Source: a virus. Taken from it: 64,000 nt of DNA. Positions 56,816-64,000 of this stretch are shown piece by piece. The stretch is from positions 96,001 through 160,000 of the IMG/VR virus record IMGVR_UViG_3300025237_000001. One strand, written 5' to 3'. How positions within the stretch are numbered: the first letter of the stretch is position 1; each line of letters begins with the position of its first letter. The notes under the pieces are model-generated. The model saw only the letters and a list, made by a program, of their open reading frames with translations. It had not been told where the DNA came from and did not search any database. The translations under genes and the position numbers were made by a program.

Positions 56816-57856
56816 TTATTTTCGAGTAATAACCATACCGTATAAATACGGTTTTTCTTGTCTTCTAGAATAAGGTCCTTTACCAATTTCTACAGCACCT
56901 ATATGTTCCCAAAAAGGTTTTATTGAATCAAGACATTGTAATAAGATATATTGAATCTTAGGTAATTTAGCGAATATGAATTCTATTCCTAACGGACCGT
57001 AACCTTTTCCTTGCTCAGATGCGTTAAAACCACCTTGTAAGTATAGTGCGTTATTAAACACCTTACCATGCATTTTAATTTGCCCTAATTCACCAACACC
57101 AAAATCAACTATTGGGTTATCATCTAAGTATATTACATTTGGACCACTTTTATTGAATCGACCATCATTAAATCTTAAACCAGTTAAATCATTAGCTTCT
57201 TTAACCATACCAATCTCATATTCATCATCTTCGGGACCGTTACTACTTGTATGGCGATTTGTTAATTCTTCTGACACTTTTTCTTTTCCTATAAATTTAA
57301 TTGCCGCTGGATTAAAAATAATAATATGTTTTTCATTGGTCCAATCCCTTGGTGCGTCAACAACCAAACCATCATAACCTAATTTCGTCATACTTTTAAT
57401 ATAACGAAGTGGTGTGTGTTGATACCACCCATTTAATACATTAAAAAACGCACCAGCTTCATCACCAGCAACCTGTAAGGCATATTTTGCAGCTATTTGA
57501 ATCCCTATTTGAGGGTTTTCATTATAATTTTGAGCTTCCATCTCCCATTCATTTTCATCTTCACCACTCATTTTCATAAGCGTAATAATTTCTTTGATAT
57601 CAACATTTCGTATAGAAGTGTCAGTATCTATAAACCGTCCATTAATTTCAACTTTATATACATTTTTACCAAACATTCTAGCGTTATCGTAACTTGTGGT
57701 AAAATAAATACCTGGTCCATGATGTTGTGTATTACCTTCACCATCAACAAAACTATCCGAGAATCGTTTTATATCGTGGTCAGTACCATGATAAGCAACA
57801 AAACTATGGTCTGTCGCCTCACTTATCACACTTTCAAATAATTTGTTTAATTTCAT
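56816..57856 (-). CDS. ADP-ribosyltransferase-fold + GNAT acetyltransferase fusion with N-terminal leader
   Basis: AYHGT...HGPGIYFTTSYDNARMFG...LGYDGLVV...IIFNPAAIK (ART fold), an acidic linker, then QGKGYG (GNAT motif A) ...KPFWEHIG. Confidence 0.7.
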   Translation of the reverse strand: MKLNKLFESVISEATDHSFVAYHGTDHDIKRFSDSFVDGEGNTQHHGPGIYFTTSYDNARMFGKNVYKVEINGRFIDTDTSIRNVDIKEIITLMKMSGEDENEWEMEAQNYNENPQIGIQIAAKYALQVAGDEAGAFFNVLNGWYQHTPLRYIKSMTKLGYDGLVVDAPRDWTNEKHIIIFNPAAIKFIGKEKVSEELTNRHTSSNGPEDDEYEIGMVKEANDLTGLRFNDGRFNKSGPNVIYLDDNPIVDFGVGELGQIKMHGKVFNNALYLQGGFNASEQGKGYGPLGIEFIFAKLPKIQYILLQCLDSIKPFWEHIGAVEIGKGPYSRRQEKPYLYGMVITRK

Positions 57857-57861
57857 TTTCT

Positions 57862-58365
57862 TTAATTTATTATAAAATCTTCGTAATACATTTGTAATTG
57901 TCTTTCATTTTGGAAATACTTAATATCATCTTCAGTTGGATTATAATTTACCATTTCTCTACCTTTAATAATAACACCATCATACCCCATTTCTTGCATT
58001 TCAGCTTCTACCGTAGTATTTTTAAAGAATTCTCTTTGGTCTGGAAAATTTCCAGTTGAGTATTTCATGAATAAATTCCTTTGAGACCATATTTCCCATT
58101 CATTTAATGAATCAACCACCAAAGGTGTTTTAGGTATCGCACCAATTAAGAAATAAACAGTCCCATATTGTTTAGCCAAAGCTTTGTTCCCTAAAGGAGC
58201 TACGTATAATCCTAATCCAAGCATTCCACCACCACCATTTGATTGCCCTACATTTTTAGCACCTCTAATAGTCACGTTTTTACGTTTCCATTTTAAATAC
58301 TCCTTATGGTTATATTCAATTTCTCCATCGGTTATAACACCTTCAAATAATTTGTTTAATTTCAT
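57862..58365 (-). CDS. ADP-ribosyltransferase-fold protein with N-terminal leader
   Basis: TIRG...MLGLGLYVA...AKQYGTVY...MGYDGVII...EMVNYNP parallels the ART domain of the neighbouring gene. Confidence 0.6.
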   Translation of the reverse strand: MKLNKLFEGVITDGEIEYNHKEYLKWKRKNVTIRGAKNVGQSNGGGGMLGLGLYVAPLGNKALAKQYGTVYFLIGAIPKTPLVVDSLNEWEIWSQRNLFMKYSTGNFPDQREFFKNTTVEAEMQEMGYDGVIIKGREMVNYNPTEDDIKYFQNERQLQMYYEDFIIN

Positions 58366-58955
58366 AATCTATGTTCTACATAATTTCTTAAGGTTCTCCA
58401 ATCTAAATCACTAATACCATGATAACCTTTATCTTTGTATATTCGATTTACAGTTTCCCTTGGAAGGTCTTTATATTGAGTTGCAATTTGTTCCGCTTCA
58501 TAACTATGAACCTCACTAATTACAACTACAGGTATGCTTTCACACCCTAATTCCATTGCAGCTAACGCTCTATGTCTACCCTCTTGGGCACCACTATGGC
58601 TATTCTTATACCACCCTATTGGAAACTTATCACCGTTTTTCATATCTTGAGCATATTTCTTAACTGTATCCCAATTGATTGCACTACTTTTCATTGCACT
58701 ATCATAAGACATCCCAAAACCTCTCGCTATAGCTGTCATATAACTTTTTGGTGATATGTATTTTATTTCATTACGTTCACCTTTCTCGAATTCATAATAC
58801 AAAGGATGGTTAAGTCCACCAAAGTTACCACCAGCTTGTGAGAATGTAAAATCAAAATATGTACAACAATCGCAAGACTCTTGTGTTACATCTTCCATGA
58901 ATAACATTTCAGATTCATTTAAAACGCTTTCTAATAGGTTTGTTAGCTTTATCAT
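58362..58955 (-). CDS. ParB/Sulfiredoxin-fold protein with N-terminal leader
   Basis: VKKYAQDMKNGDKFP...QEGRHRALAAMELGCESIPVVVI matches the ParB-N (D/E)GxHR motif. Confidence 0.7.
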   Translation of the reverse strand: MIKLTNLLESVLNESEMLFMEDVTQESCDCCTYFDFTFSQAGGNFGGLNHPLYYEFEKGERNEIKYISPKSYMTAIARGFGMSYDSAMKSSAINWDTVKKYAQDMKNGDKFPIGWYKNSHSGAQEGRHRALAAMELGCESIPVVVISEVHSYEAEQIATQYKDLPRETVNRIYKDKGYHGISDLDWRTLRNYVEHRL

Positions 58956-58971
58956 TAATAAACTTCTTTTT

Positions 58972-58980
58972 AATAAATAT
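58972..58980 (-). promoter_or_regulatory. Putative late promoter motif ATATTTATT driving the minus-strand cassette
   Basis: Reverse complement of AATAAATAT, about 17 nt upstream of ATG 58955. Confidence 0.55.
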
Positions 58981-59011
58981 TTGGTTTTATGGTAAAAATT
59001 AAGTATAATTG
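58980..59011 (+). promoter_or_regulatory. Bacteroidota-type promoter for the exonuclease/SbcCD operon
   Basis: TTTG (58980-58983), 20 nt, TATAATTG (59004-59011). Confidence 0.6.
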
Positions 59012-59027
59012 CAATTAAAGTAAATTA

Positions 59028-60002
59028 ATGGTAAATAAAAAAGAGCTAATTAAAATTGGTGAAGAAATAAGAGCACTGATTGAGGTTAAGCAAAAGGAGT
59101 TAAATTTGACATTTGTTGAAGATACTCACACTTACCACATTAAAACGTTAGAGGGGAAAATGACAACAAAATTCCCTTCGGTGTCAACAGTAATTAAACA
59201 GTTTTATAATGAATTCCCAGATTTAGAGAAATCATTACAGATGTCACAGAATGATATCCATGACCAAGATAGATTACTTAAACAATGGAGAGCCGAAGCT
59301 GATTATGCTAATTCTAAGGGGTCTAGAGTGCATTATCTATTAGAAATGGACCTACTGGCTCAATATGGAAGTTACAAAAAGGTTAGGAAACCTTTTTTTG
59401 AATGTGATGAGACTCAGATAAATGATGGTAATGCCATGATTGATGCTGGACACAAGTTTATCAACTTAATGCATCGTAGAGGTGCAATATTATTGGATAC
59501 TGAAATTGTGTTGGGTAGTAGTGAATTAAAATATACTGGACAACCAGATAAGGTTTGGCTTATGTTCAATAAGAAAGGTGAAGTAGGTTTTGTAATTACA
59601 GATTGGAAAACCAATAAAGCAAAAAACTTTGAGGTACATCACTATACAGACCCTATGTTATATCCGTTTAAAGAATATATGGATACAGCTTTAGCGCATT
59701 ATAGAATTCAATTACCTTTATACGGTAGATTGATTTTAGACATGTTAAAGGGAACTAAGTATGAGGATATGAAAATGTTTGGATGTGTAATTGTACATTT
59801 AACATCTGAAGGTAAATTCAAGGAACTTAGAGTTCCAGCGAAATTTATAAACACTGTAATGACAATGCCACCATTACCAAGAATTGATGAAGTCTGGCAA
59901 AAGAAAAAGGATGACATCATCGCAGAAGAAAGAAGAGTAGAGGAATTAATTAATCCAACACCACCTGTCATAAAGACTGGTGAATGGTGGGAGAACCATT
60001 AA
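59028..60002 (+). CDS. PD-(D/E)xK exonuclease
   Basis: FVEDTHTY, PSVSTVIK, GSRVHYLLE, GQPDKVW, ITDWKT and YRIQLPLY. Confidence 0.8.
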   Translation: MVNKKELIKIGEEIRALIEVKQKELNLTFVEDTHTYHIKTLEGKMTTKFPSVSTVIKQFYNEFPDLEKSLQMSQNDIHDQDRLLKQWRAEADYANSKGSRVHYLLEMDLLAQYGSYKKVRKPFFECDETQINDGNAMIDAGHKFINLMHRRGAILLDTEIVLGSSELKYTGQPDKVWLMFNKKGEVGFVITDWKTNKAKNFEVHHYTDPMLYPFKEYMDTALAHYRIQLPLYGRLILDMLKGTKYEDMKMFGCVIVHLTSEGKFKELRVPAKFINTVMTMPPLPRIDEVWQKKKDDIIAEERRVEELINPTPPVIKTGEWWENH

Positions 60003-60014
60003 AAAAAAAAAGAT

Positions 60015-60203
60015 ATGAAAAAAATGATAGGAAAGGGTTTAGATATAATGTTAACATTATTAAGTATGATAGCATTTTGTGTAGTAATGTTTGTTTGGGT
60101 ATTTTTTCCAGAGAAGTTCGTTGAGTTACCTACAAACGATTTAATTATATTCGTATTGATGATAATAATTGGGCTTATGCCTGAAAAAAAAATATTCACA
60201 TGA
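60015..60203 (+). CDS. Small two-TM membrane protein
   Basis: Two hydrophobic helices in 62 aa; ATGA overlap with the next gene. Confidence 0.6.
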   Translation: MKKMIGKGLDIMLTLLSMIAFCVVMFVWVFFPEKFVELPTNDLIIFVLMIIIGLMPEKKIFT

Positions 60204-60511
60204 TAAAGATATTAAAATCAACATTAAAAGCGAAGTCTTACGGACAAAACGTTTTAGATTTACAAAAAAATGAAATTATGATGAGTTCAAAATTAATGGA
60301 CGCTCTTGATATTATAGAAGGTGAAATAGTTGAAGTTAGGTCACCTAGTGGTGTATTTAACGCTTATATAACAAAAGGTACTGAAGATAGACTTGAATTA
60401 CTATTTGGTGGTATTGTATGTGGTAATGTAATAATAAGTTCATATAAATATATGAACCAAGAATCGGCTTTATTAAATAAACCGATAAGATTAGTAAAAT
60501 ATAATGATTAA
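60200..60511 (+). CDS. Aspartate 1-decarboxylase (PanD)-like protein, predicted catalytically inactive
   Basis: Colinear with PanD from memory: LKS, LMDALDIIEGEIVEV, FNAYITKG, GNVIISSYKYMNQESALLNKP. The G24-S25 cleavage site reads N24-E25. Confidence 0.65.
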   Translation: MIKILKSTLKAKSYGQNVLDLQKNEIMMSSKLMDALDIIEGEIVEVRSPSGVFNAYITKGTEDRLELLFGGIVCGNVIISSYKYMNQESALLNKPIRLVKYND

Positions 60512-61316
60512 AAAAATAATACATGTTGCTGATATTCACATTAGAACGTTCAGAATGCATGAAGAATACAAAGAAATATTTCAAATACTAATAGACGAAG
60601 CAAAAGAATATTGTAAAGATTATAAACATGAAGAAATAAGAATTGCTATTGTAGGTGATTTAGTACATCAGAAGATTACAATTTCAAATGAACAACTAAT
60701 TCTTAGCTGTTGGTTCTTAAACGAACTGTCTAAGATTGGTAAAGTGGTTATCATAGCTGGTAATCATGATTTATTAGAGAATAATAAAGATAGGGTTGAT
60801 AGTATATCACCAATGATTCAATTATTGGATAATCCTAACATAGCTTATTACAAAGAGAGTACCTGTTATGAGGACCACAATATTGTTTGGTGTAACTATT
60901 CAATATTTGAACATAATGAAAGACCCAATATTGAAGATGGTAGAAAACAATATGGTGATGATAAGACCTATATTGGGTTGTATCACGCACCACTAGTAGG
61001 AGCGTCAACCGACATAGGATATCATTTTGATGAAGGAACTTCGTTAGAGATATTTGAAGGTTGTGATATGGTTCTATTAGGTGACATTCACAAAAGACAA
61101 CATTTCGAACATAAAGGAATACCAATAGCGTACCCATCGTCACTTATTCAACAGAATTTTGGTGAATCGGTAGGTAAACATGGTTATTTGATATGGGATG
61201 TTGAATCTAGAACATGCGTTGAAAGGGATATCACCAATAGACATGGATTTTACCAATTCAAAATAAAATCGTTGGATGATATCGAAAACGGAACTGAAAA
61301 ATTAACAAATGGATAA
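60504..61316 (+). CDS. sbcD: SbcD/Mre11-like metallophosphoesterase (gp47-like)
   Basis: HVADIH, GDLVH, AGNHD, LYH and LGDIHK motifs. Confidence 0.88.
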   Translation: MIKKIIHVADIHIRTFRMHEEYKEIFQILIDEAKEYCKDYKHEEIRIAIVGDLVHQKITISNEQLILSCWFLNELSKIGKVVIIAGNHDLLENNKDRVDSISPMIQLLDNPNIAYYKESTCYEDHNIVWCNYSIFEHNERPNIEDGRKQYGDDKTYIGLYHAPLVGASTDIGYHFDEGTSLEIFEGCDMVLLGDIHKRQHFEHKGIPIAYPSSLIQQNFGESVGKHGYLIWDVESRTCVERDITNRHGFYQFKIKSLDDIENGTEKLTNG

Positions 61317-61692
61317 ACAAACAGAAATTTACGACAAATGGCGTATCATTGGTATGCTAGAGGGTTTAATATTTAAAAACCAAGTCAAATTAGCCAATGC
61401 GTATGAGCATATGGCAAAAATCTTATTAGCAGACGCTGAAAAAGAGATAAGATTTTATAATGATGATATTGACACAATAGGTTTCCCAGTTTTACGAAGG
61501 TATTTCGGGTTAAATCTAGGTATTGAACTAACCAATGAACTTGTTGAGGACATCCTTAAAGAATTACATAAATACCAAACATCGGATTTCTACACAGAAG
61601 GAAAGTTAAAGTTAAATTTAATTTTTGATTCAGGGTTGGATATGGAAGCGATTTTATTAAAGGTTTTTTGTGAAGATATATACGGACAATAA
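61309..61692 (+). CDS. Hypothetical protein resembling the N-terminal segment of T4-type major capsid proteins
   Basis: KW-x-x-x-GMLEGL...LA-x-x-YE...FPVLRRYF pattern. Confidence 0.45.
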   Translation: MDKQTEIYDKWRIIGMLEGLIFKNQVKLANAYEHMAKILLADAEKEIRFYNDDIDTIGFPVLRRYFGLNLGIELTNELVEDILKELHKYQTSDFYTEGKLKLNLIFDSGLDMEAILLKVFCEDIYGQ

Positions 61693-61693
61693 T

Positions 61694-61900
61694 ATGGAAA
61701 AATTAGAATTTAATGAATGGTTAGATAAGTATTTTGAGAAAGACGATGACCACGCTTATTACACATGGACATATACAGATGACGGTATGCACCCTAATGA
61801 TAAATCAAGATGGAAAGATTTAGATTTATTAGAAGAATTCGAAAGGTATTTTTTTAATAACAATGAAAGTCATGTAGGATTAGATGAATACGATGAATAA
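61694..61900 (+). CDS. Small acidic hypothetical protein
   Basis: Likely start is ATG 61694 (MEKLEFNEW). Confidence 0.55.
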   Translation: MEKLEFNEWLDKYFEKDDDHAYYTWTYTDDGMHPNDKSRWKDLDLLEEFERYFFNNNESHVGLDEYDE

Positions 61901-62030
61901 TATGGAAGACTCAAAAGAAATAGTGGCTATGATTCACACGTTGGTACAAAAGTACCCAAATGATTATAAACTTGGGGAAGCAGTTCGAGAATATATTAAT
62001 TGCGACATAAATCACGACAGTTTGTCGTGA
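61893..62030 (+). CDS. Small hypothetical protein with YPNDxxLG motif (45 aa), not in the ORF track
   Basis: My translation: MNNMEDSKEIVAMIHTLVQKYPNDYKLGEAVREYINCDINHDSLS; TGA stop. Confidence 0.5.
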   Translation: MNNMEDSKEIVAMIHTLVQKYPNDYKLGEAVREYINCDINHDSLS

Positions 62031-62051
62031 TAAAATAAAACATAAAAAGTT

Positions 62052-62636
62052 ATGATAACAGGTACAACAATAAACGTGGATGAAACTCTTAAAGAGTTTA
62101 ATAAGAGGGTTAATAAGATGCTCGATGAAAAGATAGAGGCTTCGAATAAATTGAACATTGAAATTCGTATATTGAGATGGGAAAAACGTCTTACTAAGAA
62201 ACAATATAAAAAGTACTTGAGAGGTAAATTACAACCATTTGATGCTTTAGATGTTACGGATATCATAAGAGAGCGAGAGTTTAGATATAGTTTTGCTCAG
62301 GGTGAAATTGTTAAAATTGATTGGAAGATGTTAAGTTCATCGCAACAAGAGTTTTTTATTGAATTAAAAGATATGCACGCTGTGGTAACAAAATGCTTCT
62401 CAGATTTACACGCTTTCGGTCAAGGTTCAGCTTATGACCATGATTTAGAATTTGCAAATGGTGAATTTTCACCAAAAAAACCATTTGTGTACGACTTATT
62501 CACATTTAAACCAGTAGGTAGAGTTCCAACATATGCAATCATACCAATTAGTGAGAAAGAACAAAAGTATTATATTAAGGAATTTAAAAAAAGAAAACCC
62601 AATCAAAAATTGTGGTGGTATAATAATGATTTATAA
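62052..62636 (+). CDS. Hypothetical protein
   Basis: 194-aa ORF on the dominant strand within the operon. Confidence 0.6.
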   Translation: MITGTTINVDETLKEFNKRVNKMLDEKIEASNKLNIEIRILRWEKRLTKKQYKKYLRGKLQPFDALDVTDIIREREFRYSFAQGEIVKIDWKMLSSSQQEFFIELKDMHAVVTKCFSDLHAFGQGSAYDHDLEFANGEFSPKKPFVYDLFTFKPVGRVPTYAIIPISEKEQKYYIKEFKKRKPNQKLWWYNNDL

Positions 62637-63117
62637 AAAACTTTTACAAGAAATAGAAGACTATTGTAATCTTAATGAGATTGAGGTCACTAAAACGTTA
62701 AATGAGGCACTTAGAAGTGGGTTTACCATACTTAAGTTCGGAATACCTAATAGTACGTCAAATCCTATTGAAAAGACTGTAGAAGTCATTAAAGAGGTTA
62801 TTAAAGAAGTGGAAGTCATCAAAGAAGTAGAAATTGAGAAGATAGTAGAAAGAATAGTAGAAGTTCCTGTCGATAAGATTGTGGAGAAAAGTATTAATAT
62901 CAATGTTGATGGTCACAATGTAAATTACATGGATTACATAGAACAACTAAACACTAAGGTTAGTGCTTTGGAAGTTAATAATAAAAAGATAGGTAAAAAA
63001 TTATCTGACAGTACTTTAAAAAGTGGTGGGCTGGAAAAAGATTTATTAGAATGTAAGATAAAACTTACAGCTTGCCTTAAAGATAATAGTGGCTTCGACT
63101 TATACGGAGAAAGATAA
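62626..63117 (+). CDS. Protein with EVIKEV low-complexity repeats and coiled coil
   Basis: Likely start is ATG 62626. IEKTVEVIKEVIKEVEVIKEVEIEKIVERIVEVPVDKIVEK. Confidence 0.6.
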   Translation: MIYKKLLQEIEDYCNLNEIEVTKTLNEALRSGFTILKFGIPNSTSNPIEKTVEVIKEVIKEVEVIKEVEIEKIVERIVEVPVDKIVEKSININVDGHNVNYMDYIEQLNTKVSALEVNNKKIGKKLSDSTLKSGGLEKDLLECKIKLTACLKDNSGFDLYGER

Positions 63118-64000
63118 TGGATACAAATATAACAATACCGAAGTACGCCAAAATAAAAGTATATTGGGACGACAGACCTGAGAATTATTCTAGGCAAGCC
63201 AAATTAAATGTACGAAATTACTTCAGCACCAAGTACGGTGTTAATAAAAATAATATAAACGTAATATATAGACCAATTAAGATTGGTAAGAATGGTGAGG
63301 TGATTCAAATTAGCGGTGCTGGTATTGAGAACATTCTTGACCGTAATTACCAAGTTGAATTAATGAAGAAATGGTTTGAGCGTGAAGGTAAAGATATTGA
63401 TTTCAAACGTATATTAGACTTAGATAGGAAAGTTAATGATTCATTAGATAACCAAGCTGAGATTGTGAACAACCGTTCATGGGAATTGAAGTGGTTATAC
63501 GTTGATAACTTTCTATGCTTTGGTGAGAAAAACTTCGCATCATTTGGTAACTTGAATGGATTAAATATTATAACCTCGGAACCACCGAATCAAGGTGGTA
63601 AGACGACTTTTAGTGTGGATGCGATTAAATTCCTATTATTTGGTAAGACTACTAAAACCGATAAGAACGAGCAAATTTTTAACACCTATACTGATAAGAA
63701 CGAGTTGGTTGTTAGAGGTATGATAGAAATCGATGGTGAGGAAATGATAGTTGAAAGATTATTAACTCGTAAAGAGAAAAGAAGTGGTGGTTGGAATGTA
63801 GTTAATAAAGTGAATTATTATAAGATACTCCCTGATGGTGAGGAACTGTTAATGAATGATGTAGATTCTAAACAAACTGGTGAGGTTATTAAAAGTAACA
63901 TTGGAAGTGAAAATGATTTTGATATTACAATCTTAGCAACAGCTAGAAACTTAGAAGATTTAATTGATGCTAAACCGACTGAGAGTGGTAGGTTATTAAC
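63117..64000 (+). CDS. sbcC: SbcC/Rad50-like ATPase (gp46-like), 3'-truncated by the window edge
   Basis: My translation from ATG 63117 gives LKWLYVDNFLCFG and Walker A NQGGKTT; the frame stays open to the end of the window. Confidence 0.85.
   Translation, partial: MDTNITIPKYAKIKVYWDDRPENYSRQAKLNVRNYFSTKYGVNKNNINVIYRPIKIGKNGEVIQISGAGIENILDRNYQVELMKKWFEREGKDIDFKRILDLDRKVNDSLDNQAEIVNNRSWELKWLYVDNFLCFGEKNFASFGNLNGLNIITSEPPNQGGKTTFSVDAIKFLLFGKTTKTDKNEQIFNTYTDKNELVVRGMIEIDGEEMIVERLLTRKEKRSGGWNVVNKVNYYKILPDGEELLMNDVDSKQTGEVIKSNIGSENDFDITILATARNLEDLIDAKPTESGRLL

Noticed and set aside
1-64000. Alternative genetic code (stop-codon reassignment), as found in some large Bacteroidota phages
   Set aside because: Core genes are full length under code 11 with no in-frame TAG or TGA breaks, and TGA serves as a stop at 60203 and 62030. 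Heavy TAA use fits the AT content.
1-64000. Eukaryotic giant virus or bacterial contractile injection system locus
   Set aside because: A sheath, tube, tape measure and baseplate set together with T4-like replication genes and bacterial promoters/terminators indicates a tailed phage. No host housekeeping genes or integration boundary are visible.
1-64000. tRNA, rRNA or tmRNA genes
   Set aside because: No intergenic gap showed a cloverleaf or T-loop (GTTCRA) pattern by eye; a tRNAscan-SE/ARAGORN run would confirm.

Overview
The window is 64 kb of a strongly AT-rich, large tailed-phage genome with a contractile tail and T4-like gene content. The host is most likely Bacteroidota: TTTG-N19-20-TAnnTTTG promoters, no Shine-Dalgarno motifs, and SprB-like repeats. 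Gene order is: (i) tail sheath, tube, gp26/gp51-like hub, tape measure and baseplate hub genes (1-21 kb); (ii) a replication/recombination block with gp32-like SSB, UvsX/RecA, 5'-3' exonuclease, DnaB-like helicase and class Ia NrdB/NrdA (21-32 kb); (iii) a second baseplate/fibre block (32-55 kb); (iv) RuvC-like resolvase, primase, PD-(D/E)xK exonuclease and SbcD/SbcC (55-64 kb). The most striking element is a three-gene minus-strand cassette (56816-58955) wedged between primase and exonuclease. It encodes an ART-fold+GNAT fusion, a second ART-fold protein and a ParB/Srx-fold protein. All three carry a shared MKL(N/T)xLxE leader, two of them on an identical 24-bp DNA segment, and the cassette sits behind the same TATTTATW motif that precedes the structural genes. 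This suggests capsid-packaged, injected host-modifying effectors. Other highlights are a PanD-like pseudo-enzyme lacking the Gly-Ser self-cleavage site, a probable +1/-2 frameshift at a T7 run joining gp26- and gp51-like frames, a nucleotidyltransferase inside the tail operon, a mobile Cys-Cys module in three virion proteins, and several structured non-coding elements. All functional calls come from motif recognition by eye; no database searches were run.
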